Positions 18,281-26,794 of a DNA stretch of 64,000 bases are shown here, one piece after another (the first letter of the stretch is position 1; the number at the start of each line of letters is the position of its first letter). The notes beneath the pieces were generated by a model. The model was given only the letters and a program-made list of their open reading frames with translations. It ran no database searches and was not told the origin of the DNA. The position numbers and the translations under genes were made by a program. The DNA is from Candidatus Woesebacteria bacterium RIFCSPHIGHO2_01_FULL_38_10 (lineage in GTDB: Bacteria; Patescibacteriota; Microgenomatia; UBA8517). The stretch covers positions 3,555-67,554 of the forward strand of contig MGGC01000038.1 in NCBI GenBank assembly GCA_001792215.1, given 5' to 3'.

Positions 18281-18481
18281 ATGCCAAAACAAAAAACTAA
18301 AAAATCAATTACCAGACGATTCAGAATTACCCCGAAGGGCAAAGTTATGAGAAGACAAGGCTTTAGACGTCATTTGAATGTAAAAAAAACATCTAAAAAG
18401 AAAAGAAGATTAAAAAGGATGGTAGAAACAAGAAAAGTTTACGCTAAAAAAATCAAGAAATTTTTGGGAGTTGGAAAATAA
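18281..18481 (+). CDS. rpmI: 50S ribosomal protein L35
   Basis: MPKQKTKKSITRRFRITPKGKVMRRQGFRRH is typical L35. Confidence 0.85.
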   Translation: MPKQKTKKSITRRFRITPKGKVMRRQGFRRHLNVKKTSKKKRRLKRMVETRKVYAKKIKKFLGVGK

Positions 18482-18577
18482 AATACTTCGCTAAGCGAAG
18501 TATTCCCTGAAGGGAAAAGTTTGTTCACTGCTTCGCCTCTTCCTCGCATCAGGATGCGAGGTGTTTGCGAAGTTTGA
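18482..18577. repeat. Structured ~96-nt intergenic repeat, copy 1 (forward)
   Basis: Begins right after the rpmI stop. Hairpins TACTTCGC-TAA-GCGAAGTA and CCTCGCATC-AG-GATGCGAGG, ends ...GCGAAGTTTGAA. Near-identical to copy 2 and to an inverted, diverged copy 3. Confidence 0.7.
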
Positions 18578-18707
18578 ATAGTCAATAAACTACCATGGAC
18601 TTACGCCCGATGGTATTTTGTAATACTCGCATACGCGAGACTTATTTGGAGCTTATATCCACAAGCTTACGCATGTGGTTTTACGCTCGCATTATAACCC
18701 AAAACCT

Positions 18708-19046
18708 ATGACTCGGGTAAAATCAGTAGCTCAAAAAAGACACAGGAAGATAAGGAAATTAACCAAAGGCTTTAAACAAGCCAGACGTAGACGCGTTAAA
18801 GCTGGCAAGGAAGCTCTGCTTCATGCCGGTCAATATGCATATATCGGAAGAAAACTTCGAAAAAGAGATTTAAGATCTTTATGGATCAAAAGACTAAATG
18901 CAGGAACCAGAGTACATGGTCTCAGCTACAGTAAATTTATTTCCAAACTAAAGAAAGCAAAGATTGAATTGGATAGAAAAATTCTTGCAGACATAGCTGT
19001 TAACGACCCATCTACTTTCGAAAAAATACTCCAAGAGGTAAAATAA
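18708..19046 (+). CDS. rplT: 50S ribosomal protein L20
   Basis: [40 protein letters not shown] is typical L20; track ORF 18675 starts on GTG, ATG at 18708. Confidence 0.85.
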   Translation: MTRVKSVAQKRHRKIRKLTKGFKQARRRRVKAGKEALLHAGQYAYIGRKLRKRDLRSLWIKRLNAGTRVHGLSYSKFISKLKKAKIELDRKILADIAVNDPSTFEKILQEVK

Positions 19047-19142
19047 AATACTTCGCTTAGCGAAGTATTTCCTGAAGGGAAAAGTTTGTTCACTGCTTCG
19101 CCTCTTCCTCGCATCAGGATGCGAGGTATTTGCGAAGTTTGA
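19047..19142. repeat. Structured intergenic repeat, copy 2 (forward)
   Basis: Begins right after the rplT stop and runs to 10 nt before the pheS ATG; three single-nt differences from copy 1 by my alignment. Confidence 0.7.
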
Positions 19143-19151
19143 AAAACCTCG

Positions 19152-20177
19152 ATGCGTGAAGAAATCCAAAATATCAGAAACGAAGCTTTAGCCCAATTAA
19201 TTGAGGCTAAGACCGCTGACGAAGTCGAACGACTTCGGATTATCTATCTTGGCAGGAATGGCAAAGTTAATAAGTTAACCAAAAAACTCAAAAGCCTCAA
19301 AACTCAAGAAAAAAAAGAGGTTGGAAGCTTGTTAAACGATACTAAAGATACCCTTATTTTTCAAATAGGAAAGCGAAAAAATCAGTTGAAGTATGGGGTT
19401 CGCCAATGGTTCGATCCGACCATTCCAGGAAAAAAACCTGTTATTGGCCATTTACACTTAATAACTCAGGCGATTGAGGAAATATCCAGTATCTTCGAAA
19501 AGATTGGTTTTACACGCGTTCGTTATCCTGAAGTAGAGTGGGACTATTACGCTTTTGAATCTCTGAACATGCCTAAAGATCATCCTGCAAGAGACGTGTG
19601 GGAAACTTTTTTCGTTGACAGCAAAAAAGATAAAAAATACGGTCAAATGGTCTTGACTCCTCATACATCATCAGGTCAGATCAGAGAAATGGAAAGGATA
19701 AAAAATCCGCCAATACGAATGATAAATATTGCTAAATGCTTCCGGCGCGAGCTTGATGCAAGCCATACTCCAATGTTTCATCAATTTGAAGGACTTGTAA
19801 TCGACAAAGATATTTCAATAGCGCATTTAAAAGGAACACTTGATTACTTTGCCAAAAACTATTTTGGTCCGGAGAGAAAAACCAGGCTAAGGCCATTTCA
19901 CTTTCAATTTACAGAACCTTCGTTCGAAGTAGATATTAGTTGCGGAATCTGCAAGGCAAAGGGGTGTAAGGTCTGTAAAGAAGGCTGGCTGGAACTTGGA
20001 GGAGCCGGAATGGTTTACCCGTCAGTTTTGAAAAATGGCGGTATTGACCCCCAAAAATATACCGGGTTTGCCTTTGGCTGGGGAGTGGAAAGGGTAGTTA
20101 TGATGAAACCTGGCTTAAACATTCCGGATTTAAGACTTTTATATAGTTCAGACTTAAGATTTTTAAGGCAATTCTGA
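19152..20177 (+). CDS. pheS: Phenylalanyl-tRNA synthetase alpha subunit
   Basis: Class II motifs FRRELDASHTPMFHQFEGLVIDKDI and GFAFGWGVERVVM. Confidence 0.9.
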   Translation: MREEIQNIRNEALAQLIEAKTADEVERLRIIYLGRNGKVNKLTKKLKSLKTQEKKEVGSLLNDTKDTLIFQIGKRKNQLKYGVRQWFDPTIPGKKPVIGHLHLITQAIEEISSIFEKIGFTRVRYPEVEWDYYAFESLNMPKDHPARDVWETFFVDSKKDKKYGQMVLTPHTSSGQIREMERIKNPPIRMINIAKCFRRELDASHTPMFHQFEGLVIDKDISIAHLKGTLDYFAKNYFGPERKTRLRPFHFQFTEPSFEVDISCGICKAKGCKVCKEGWLELGGAGMVYPSVLKNGGIDPQKYTGFAFGWGVERVVMMKPGLNIPDLRLLYSSDLRFLRQF

Positions 20178-20202
20178 GCCAAACTGATGGAGGCTGATTT
20201 AA

Positions 20203-22155
20203 ATGAACACTTTAATCCCAGATAGTTGGTTAAAAGAATATCTAAAAACTCAAGCTAAACCAAGTCAAATTGCTAAATTTTTATCCCTTTGCGGACCATC
20301 GGTAGAAAAAGTAATAAAAGAAAACGGGGACTTCGTTTACAACATCGAAGTTACGACAAACAGAGTCGATTCAATTGGAGTTTATGGAATCGCACGCGAG
20401 TTAGCAGCAATTCTTCCACAGTTCGGAATATCTGCTCACTTTGTTGAATTAAAAATAAATAAAGATGCAATATTTAGCAAAAAAGTAAAATATCTGGATG
20501 CTCTGGTTGACCAAGATTTGTGCCCAAGATTTGCTGCATGTTTAATTAAGAATGTAAAAATTAAACCATCTTCAGCTACGATTCAAAAAAGAATTAAACT
20601 CGTGGGATTAAGACCAATAAACAACGTAGTTGATATATCAAACTATATCATGCATGAGTTAGGACAGCCCGTTCATACCTTCGATTACGATAAAATTTCT
20701 AGTCATAAAATGATCCTTCGAAAAAGTAAAAAAGGTGAAAAAATAACCACTTTAGACAGTAAAATGCATACTCTGGGTGGTGGGGATATCGTAATTGAAG
20801 ACGGCGCAGGAAGACTTATTGACTTGGCTGGCATTATGGGCGGACAAAATTCTGCAGTTAGTGATAAAACAAAAAACGTTCTCTTATTCGTTCAAACGTA
20901 CAACCCTGTAAATATCCGAAAAACATTTACAAGTCTTTCTCAAACAACTGAAGCTGCAATCCTTTTTGAAAAAGGACTTGATCCAGAACTTGTCAGATTA
21001 GGAACACTACGTGGGATCGATCTTATGGAAGAATTGACGGAAGGTACTGCAGAAAAAGAAGTACTTGATTTATATCCCGAACCTTATAAACCCAAGACCC
21101 TAAGAATAACAGTAAGCTTCATCGAAAAAAAATTGGGGATCAGCTTAAAACAAAATCAGGTTGTAAAAATACTTGAAACTCTTGGTTTCGGCATCCGTGT
21201 AAATCAAGACAATCTGTATATTCAAGTACCGTCCTTCAGAGTAAGAGATATAGAAATCCCCGAAGATATCGTTGAAGAAGTGGCAAGACTTTACGGCTAC
21301 CACAACCTGCCAAGCAAATTAATGGCTGGAGAATTACCAGACAGTCTTAGCGACTTTACATTTGCCTTCGAAATAAAACTCAAAAGGATCTTAAAAGAGT
21401 TAGGCGCAAATGAAATATATACAAACTCTCTAGTTCCAAAGGAATTCGTAAGTTCAAATGCCTTAAAGTTAAAAAACCCACTTGGTTCTGACTCCGAATA
21501 CTTAAGAACAAGTCTTAAATTTTCACTTATTCAAGCGGCAGATGACAACAAAGGAATAAAAATTCCTTTCCACCTTTTTGAAGCCGCAAATGTATATTTA
21601 CCACAAGCAAGGCAACTGCCAAAAGAAATAATGACACTTTCTGGAATATTTTCAAATCATTCTTACCGTGAGGCTAAAGGTGTCATCGAAGCTTTTTTAG
21701 AAGAACTAAACATTAGTTATAAAATTCAAGTTGAAGATGCAAAAGATTTTCTTCCTAATCAGAGAGTATTATTTAATATAAATAATACTAAAATAGGTGA
21801 ATTTGGTGTATTAGAACAAAAAAAATATATCTATTATGAATTCGAAATAGAGAAACTTAAGAGAGTTTACAAGCCATATAATACGTTTAAACCGATGGCA
21901 AAAGTCCCTGCACAAATTGAAGACATTACCCTAATTTTACCTGAACGAACCAAGCTTGAAAGCGTGATTCAATCTATTAAACAAGCATCAAAGCTAGTTT
22001 CATTAATTGAACTAAAAGACATTTACGAGAGCTCATACACATTCACTATTCACTACCAACATCCAACAAAAACTTTGACTGATAAAGAGGTTGAAGAAAT
22101 AAGAAGAACATATGTCGGCTATTTAAAACACAAACATTGTGCAAGCTTAAAATAA
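20203..22155 (+). CDS. pheT: Phenylalanyl-tRNA synthetase beta subunit (short, 650 aa)
   Basis: N-terminal MNTLIPDSWLKEYL, B3/4 and B5 regions, C-terminal FDVB-like domain; GGAGG RBS 9 nt upstream; follows pheS. Confidence 0.85.
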   Translation: MNTLIPDSWLKEYLKTQAKPSQIAKFLSLCGPSVEKVIKENGDFVYNIEVTTNRVDSIGVYGIARELAAILPQFGISAHFVELKINKDAIFSKKVKYLDALVDQDLCPRFAACLIKNVKIKPSSATIQKRIKLVGLRPINNVVDISNYIMHELGQPVHTFDYDKISSHKMILRKSKKGEKITTLDSKMHTLGGGDIVIEDGAGRLIDLAGIMGGQNSAVSDKTKNVLLFVQTYNPVNIRKTFTSLSQTTEAAILFEKGLDPELVRLGTLRGIDLMEELTEGTAEKEVLDLYPEPYKPKTLRITVSFIEKKLGISLKQNQVVKILETLGFGIRVNQDNLYIQVPSFRVRDIEIPEDIVEEVARLYGYHNLPSKLMAGELPDSLSDFTFAFEIKLKRILKELGANEIYTNSLVPKEFVSSNALKLKNPLGSDSEYLRTSLKFSLIQAADDNKGIKIPFHLFEAANVYLPQARQLPKEIMTLSGIFSNHSYREAKGVIEAFLEELNISYKIQVEDAKDFLPNQRVLFNINNTKIGEFGVLEQKKYIYYEFEIEKLKRVYKPYNTFKPMAKVPAQIEDITLILPERTKLESVIQSIKQASKLVSLIELKDIYESSYTFTIHYQHPTKTLTDKEVEEIRRTYVGYLKHKHCASLK

Positions 22156-22181
22156 TAACAGCCCAAGCTAAGTGCGGTAAC

Positions 22182-22562
22182 TTAAGTTCTCTCGGTTATA
22201 TATCTTACCGAGAATTTAAATGCCTCGTCAACAAACATACCATCGTGTTGATCTGAAAATCTCTCTATTTCCTTATCCAGCTCAGCAGAATCCAGCCTAC
22301 CATCTCTGTGCATAGTCCTAATACCTCTCCATTCAGCAACAGCACTTAATCCAGCCTCATCCAAGCTTCTAATTCCATCTCTGTATCCAGCATTACGTAG
22401 GTGAGTGTCCAACTCTTCCTGCCAAGTTCTTTCTTCTAGTAATCTTTCTCTTCTGGCAATATCTTTGTCACGAAGACTGCTGGCAACATCCAAATTCCCC
22501 ACCGCTTTCAAACGCCTTACAGCCTTACTTACACTCCTAGAAGGTTTCTCTTTGAATCCCAT
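22182..22562 (-). CDS. Hypothetical charged soluble protein (126 aa)
   Basis: No TM and no motif I recognise; Arg/Asp/Glu-rich (RDKDIARRERLLEERTWQEELD); convergent with pheT, upstream of the PBP gene. Confidence 0.45.
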   Translation of the reverse strand: MGFKEKPSRSVSKAVRRLKAVGNLDVASSLRDKDIARRERLLEERTWQEELDTHLRNAGYRDGIRSLDEAGLSAVAEWRGIRTMHRDGRLDSAELDKEIERFSDQHDGMFVDEAFKFSVRYITERT

Positions 22563-22594
22563 TTAATTTTTCTTCCACCATTATAACACCACGA

Positions 22595-25210
22595 TCAAGG
22601 AAGAAGGGTCGTGGTAGGTGAAGGAACTGGAGTTAGCGTTGGTGTCGGAGAAGGGGAGTAGTCCCAGGGAACTCCGACTCCGATAGTTATTACCCTGTCT
22701 GACTCTTTTCCTTTTTCATCTTTGGCCTTAGCTTTTAAACTGTGAACACCATCAATCAAATCAGCTTCATGTCTATAAGAAGGGAGAGTAAAAGTTCGTA
22801 CTCTTACACCGTCTATTTCTAACTCAACCTCAGTAATTTTATCTACAGATTCGGCACGAATATCAATTATAATTCTATTTCCTAAATTTGAATCTTTATC
22901 TTTGGGATTTCTAAACTCAACATTTATGGGGTTCCCGGTACCGCAATAATCAGATGGCGGATGATATTTGGGATCAGGCTGTGTAGCCAACCACTCATTT
23001 ATTCCCTTTTGCCATTTATTTTCATCACCTACCTTGGATACTGTCGGGTCCTCTTCCCGAAAAATAAAAAACTCCCTTTCTTCATAATTTCCGGCCGCAA
23101 TATCGGATGGCGTCGCCAGTTTACCATCAGTTTTACACACCTTTAACTTTAGATGGACAGTGTCTTCCCCTGATTGGGTTCCGTCAATGAATTTTTCTAT
23201 TCTGGAAGGAAATCCATCGTGTGAAGAATACCCAGAAACACTGTCAACTGAAGCTGTAACAATTCCTCCCGGAACTTCCGCAGTTATTGCAGGTTTATCT
23301 TTCAAAATTTCAAGAATTATTTTTCTCCAGATCGGAGACGCTCCGCTTATGCCTGACGCCACTTCTTTCATTGGCGAATTGTCGTTATTGCCCACCCAGA
23401 CACCAACTAAAGTCTGTTCGTTTCCACCAATTGTCCAGTTATCTTTCTTATCATTTGTTGTTCCGGTTTTAACCGCGATTTGACGTCCAGAAATATTAAG
23501 CAATGAATTCGGGCCGAAAACCTCTTTTCTGGCATCATTATCCGATAAAATATCAAATATCATATAGGCTTGTTCGGGAGTTAATACTCGTTTTCCTTTC
23601 TCTGGCTTACTCTCTTCAAGCACTTTACCTTGCTGATCTTCAATTTTAAGAACGACAACAGGATCAACCTTAAATCCTTTATTCATAAATGCACTGTAAC
23701 TACTTGTCAATTCCAAAAGTCTAACTTCACCACCCCCTAATGTTAAAGACAAACCAACTCTATTAAGGGTATCTTGCGTAGGTTCAAGGGAATTTAGGCC
23801 AAGTTCGTAAGCTGTTTTTAAAACATCTTTAATTCCAACTGTGGCAAGCATTTTGACAGCTGGAATGTTAATTGAGTTACCCAAAGCATATCTTAATTGA
23901 ACAGGACCTCGATGTTTTCCGTCATAGTTAACCGGTTTATAAACTGGTTGGCCTATTCCACCCGGAAACTCGGTTGGAGTGTCCATAATTAGGGTGGAAG
24001 CGCTATATCCTTTCTTCAAAGCAGTCACATAAGTTATCGGTTTTATTGCTGAACCTGGTTGTCGCAAAGAAAGAACCACGTTAACCTGGCCATCATAATT
24101 AGGGTCGTTGAAATTTTTGGATCCAACCATGGCCAAAATTTCTCCGGTTTCCGGGTTTATTACAACTGCTGCTCCGTTGGTTATGTGCAATTTTTCTAGT
24201 TTTCCAATCTCATCGGCGATAATCTCCTGGGCTTTTTCCTGGAGCTTTAAGTCCAAAGTCGTTGTAACAGTTAATCCACCTTGTTCAATCACGCGTCCTC
24301 CGTAGCGTTCCTCTAAAACCCTCTGGACATATTGGACAAAATGCTCTGCTTTAAAATTTGCGCCTTTTTCCTGAAATTTAAGCTTTTCAATTTCCTCAAG
24401 CGCACCTTTTTCCTCCTCAATAGTTATATATTCATCCTCGCGCATTCTCCTTAAAACTTGTCTTGTCCTTTCCTTATAAGCATCAGGATAAGCTGAATAA
24501 GGAGAGTAGATTGAAGGCCTTTGGGGAAATCCCGCAAGGACTGCAGACTCAACAAGGTTCAAATCTTTGACTTTTTTTCCAAAATAGGTTTCAGCTGCCG
24601 CTTCTACTCCCCAGGAAGTTCCCCCATAGGGAGCCTCATTAAGATACATTTGCAAAATCTCATCCTTTGAATATTTTCTTTCAATCTGAATTGCCAGGAT
24701 AAATTCTCTTATTTTTCTAAAAATTGTTCGTTCTGGTGTCAAAAGAACATTTTTAACAAGCTGCTGAGTCAGTGTAGAGCCTCCTTGGAGTTTTCTTTTA
24801 AAGATAATATTAAAGACGGCTCTAAATATTCCCGTTGGATCAAAACCTTGATGTCTATAAAAATTTTTATCCTCGATTGCAATTGTTGCCTTTTTTAAAT
24901 ATTTAGGAACCTCATTTAGGGAAACTGGTGTTCTTTTTTGCTCGGAAAATATATCATAAAGAACCTCCCCGCTCCTATCCAATATCTTAGTTGAAAATCC
25001 CTCACGTCTCAGGATTTTTTCAGGGGAAGGTAGATTAAATGCCAAAAGAGGAAAAATTATAAAAGATGCAAAAAACAGAGTAATTAATCCCAAAAAGATA
25101 AATTTAGTCAGGGTAAAGATTCTTTTTACTGTCTTTCCTTTTCCCGAAATTCTCTTTAATCGTTTCGATCCTTTATTCCAATACCTTCTTCTTTCCCTCC
25201 ACTTAGCCAT
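22595..25210 (-). CDS. Class A penicillin-binding protein (glycosyltransferase + transpeptidase) with C-terminal extension
   Basis: GT51 motifs GGSTLTQQLVKN and RKIREF; transpeptidase SAIKP (SxxK), SxN and KTGTTND; N-terminal TM; ~200-aa C-terminal domain ending in a Pro/Thr-rich tail PTPTLTPVPSPTTTLLP. Confidence 0.85.
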   Translation of the reverse strand: MAKWRERRRYWNKGSKRLKRISGKGKTVKRIFTLTKFIFLGLITLFFASFIIFPLLAFNLPSPEKILRREGFSTKILDRSGEVLYDIFSEQKRTPVSLNEVPKYLKKATIAIEDKNFYRHQGFDPTGIFRAVFNIIFKRKLQGGSTLTQQLVKNVLLTPERTIFRKIREFILAIQIERKYSKDEILQMYLNEAPYGGTSWGVEAAAETYFGKKVKDLNLVESAVLAGFPQRPSIYSPYSAYPDAYKERTRQVLRRMREDEYITIEEEKGALEEIEKLKFQEKGANFKAEHFVQYVQRVLEERYGGRVIEQGGLTVTTTLDLKLQEKAQEIIADEIGKLEKLHITNGAAVVINPETGEILAMVGSKNFNDPNYDGQVNVVLSLRQPGSAIKPITYVTALKKGYSASTLIMDTPTEFPGGIGQPVYKPVNYDGKHRGPVQLRYALGNSINIPAVKMLATVGIKDVLKTAYELGLNSLEPTQDTLNRVGLSLTLGGGEVRLLELTSSYSAFMNKGFKVDPVVVLKIEDQQGKVLEESKPEKGKRVLTPEQAYMIFDILSDNDARKEVFGPNSLLNISGRQIAVKTGTTNDKKDNWTIGGNEQTLVGVWVGNNDNSPMKEVASGISGASPIWRKIILEILKDKPAITAEVPGGIVTASVDSVSGYSSHDGFPSRIEKFIDGTQSGEDTVHLKLKVCKTDGKLATPSDIAAGNYEEREFFIFREEDPTVSKVGDENKWQKGINEWLATQPDPKYHPPSDYCGTGNPINVEFRNPKDKDSNLGNRIIIDIRAESVDKITEVELEIDGVRVRTFTLPSYRHEADLIDGVHSLKAKAKDEKGKESDRVITIGVGVPWDYSPSPTPTLTPVPSPTTTLLP

Positions 25211-25455
25211 GCAACCATTCTAACAAATTTAACAAAACCAGTACACAGAACACCCTACGGGTGTATTTCTATTGACACACTTTACTTATACCAACCAAGA
25301 TGGTTTAATCTTTATTGAAGTAAACAGAAAGTTATTATGCCCAATAAAAGAAGTGTAATTTTTTGCAGACAACGAGATATGTCACATTTATAATCGCTCA
25401 GTAGGTGGCGAAGAAATATTTGATTTCTTCCGCTTTCCCCAAAAAAGGAGTCAAT

Positions 25456-26607
25456 ATGGACGAAGTTAATAAAGTCTTAGTAAGAGGAGTAGAGAAAGTA
25501 TTACCCTCCAAAAAAGAGCTTGCAGATCTTATGCGTAAAAGAAAAATTACCCTTTACCAGGGCTTTGATCCTTCAATGCCATCTTTACATTTAGGTAATT
25601 TTGCTGGTCTTATGAAACTTCGACAATTTCAAAAACTCGGGCATAAAGTAATTTTTTTAGTTGGCGATTTCACCGGAATGATTGGAGATCCTGATAAAAA
25701 AACTACCAGGGTCCAACTTACTCGTGAACAAACTCTTAAAAACTCTGAAAAGTGGAAGGATCAGGTAGCAAAAGTTTTAGATTTAGACGGAGTTAACCCA
25801 GCCGAAATAAAGTTTAACTCAGAATGGAACGATAAAATTACCTATAAAGAACTTATTGAAATTACTTCAAAATTCACAGTTCAACAGATGTTAGAACGTG
25901 ACCTTTTTCAAAAAAGAATTAAAGAAAAAATACCGATACATTTACACGAGTTTCTTTATCCAGTAACTCAGGCAATTGACAGCATAAAGATGGTTCCAGA
26001 TGGAGTAGATTTAGAAATTGGTGGAAGCGACCAACTTTTTAATATTTTAGCCGGTAGAGAACTTATGAGAGCTGTTCACCACAAGGAAAAATATGTTCTA
26101 ACTACAAAACTATTGGTAGATAAAAATGGTGATAAAGTTGGAAAAACTACCGGTAATGCTCTATTTCTGGATTCGACTCCGGAAAATTTCTATGGCGGTG
26201 TAATGACATTCCCTGACGAAACCATTGCTCTTTCTTTTGAACTCCTGACAGAATGCTCATTAGACGGAATCGAAAAGGCTGTTAAAAAAGATTCTTTAAG
26301 CGAGAAGAAAAGGTTAGCTTTTGAAATCGTCAAACTTCTTTGGGGAGAAACCTCAGCGATATCTGCCCAACAGTCTTTTGAGAAAACCTTTCAGAAAAAA
26401 AGTCCTGAGTTTAAAAAGGAAATTTCTGCAAGAAAAACGCTAGCCCAAACTATCTCTCAAGTCATCGGAAGTGTAAGTGAGGCTAAAAGACTGATCAGTC
26501 AGGGTGCAGTAGATGTATCAGGTACAACGATTTTTGATCCAACAAGAGAAATTACAAGTGGGGAAGAAATTAAGATAGGGAAAAAAATATTTATCAAAGT
26601 CAAATGA
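25456..26607 (+). CDS. tyrS: Tyrosyl-tRNA synthetase
   Basis: Class I HIGH-type motif PSLHLGNFAG, KMSKS-like KVGKTTG, C-terminal S4-like domain; AAGGAG RBS 6 nt before the ATG at 25456 (track start 25405 is GTG). Confidence 0.9.
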   Translation: MDEVNKVLVRGVEKVLPSKKELADLMRKRKITLYQGFDPSMPSLHLGNFAGLMKLRQFQKLGHKVIFLVGDFTGMIGDPDKKTTRVQLTREQTLKNSEKWKDQVAKVLDLDGVNPAEIKFNSEWNDKITYKELIEITSKFTVQQMLERDLFQKRIKEKIPIHLHEFLYPVTQAIDSIKMVPDGVDLEIGGSDQLFNILAGRELMRAVHHKEKYVLTTKLLVDKNGDKVGKTTGNALFLDSTPENFYGGVMTFPDETIALSFELLTECSLDGIEKAVKKDSLSEKKRLAFEIVKLLWGETSAISAQQSFEKTFQKKSPEFKKEISARKTLAQTISQVIGSVSEAKRLISQGAVDVSGTTIFDPTREITSGEEIKIGKKIFIKVK

Positions 26608-26638
26608 ATTTTTAAGCCAAAATTTGTAAGCTGAAATC

Positions 26639-26743
26639 ATGAACAAGCAAAAGCGCAAGAAATTAGCAAAAGTCATATTTATTCTGGCCGGTATATCTTT
26701 GCTTCTTACAACTTTCATCCCTTTCCTTTTTTATCTTCTCTAG
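26639..26743 (+). CDS. Possible 34-aa single-TM peptide
   Basis: MNKQKRKKLAKVIFILAGISLLLTTFIPFLFYLL: basic N-terminus plus one hydrophobic helix; in the tyrS-recG intergenic gap; below the 60-aa track cutoff. Confidence 0.2.
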   Translation: MNKQKRKKLAKVIFILAGISLLLTTFIPFLFYLL

Positions 26744-26794
26744 CTTGAAAAAACGCATATTACCCTGCCAAAAGTGGTATTATTGGGATTAATA

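Noticed and set aside
18675-18707. N-terminal extension [11 protein letters not shown] of L20 from the track ORF
   Set aside because: It starts on GTG inside the structured leader. The canonical L20 N-terminus begins at the ATG at 18708.
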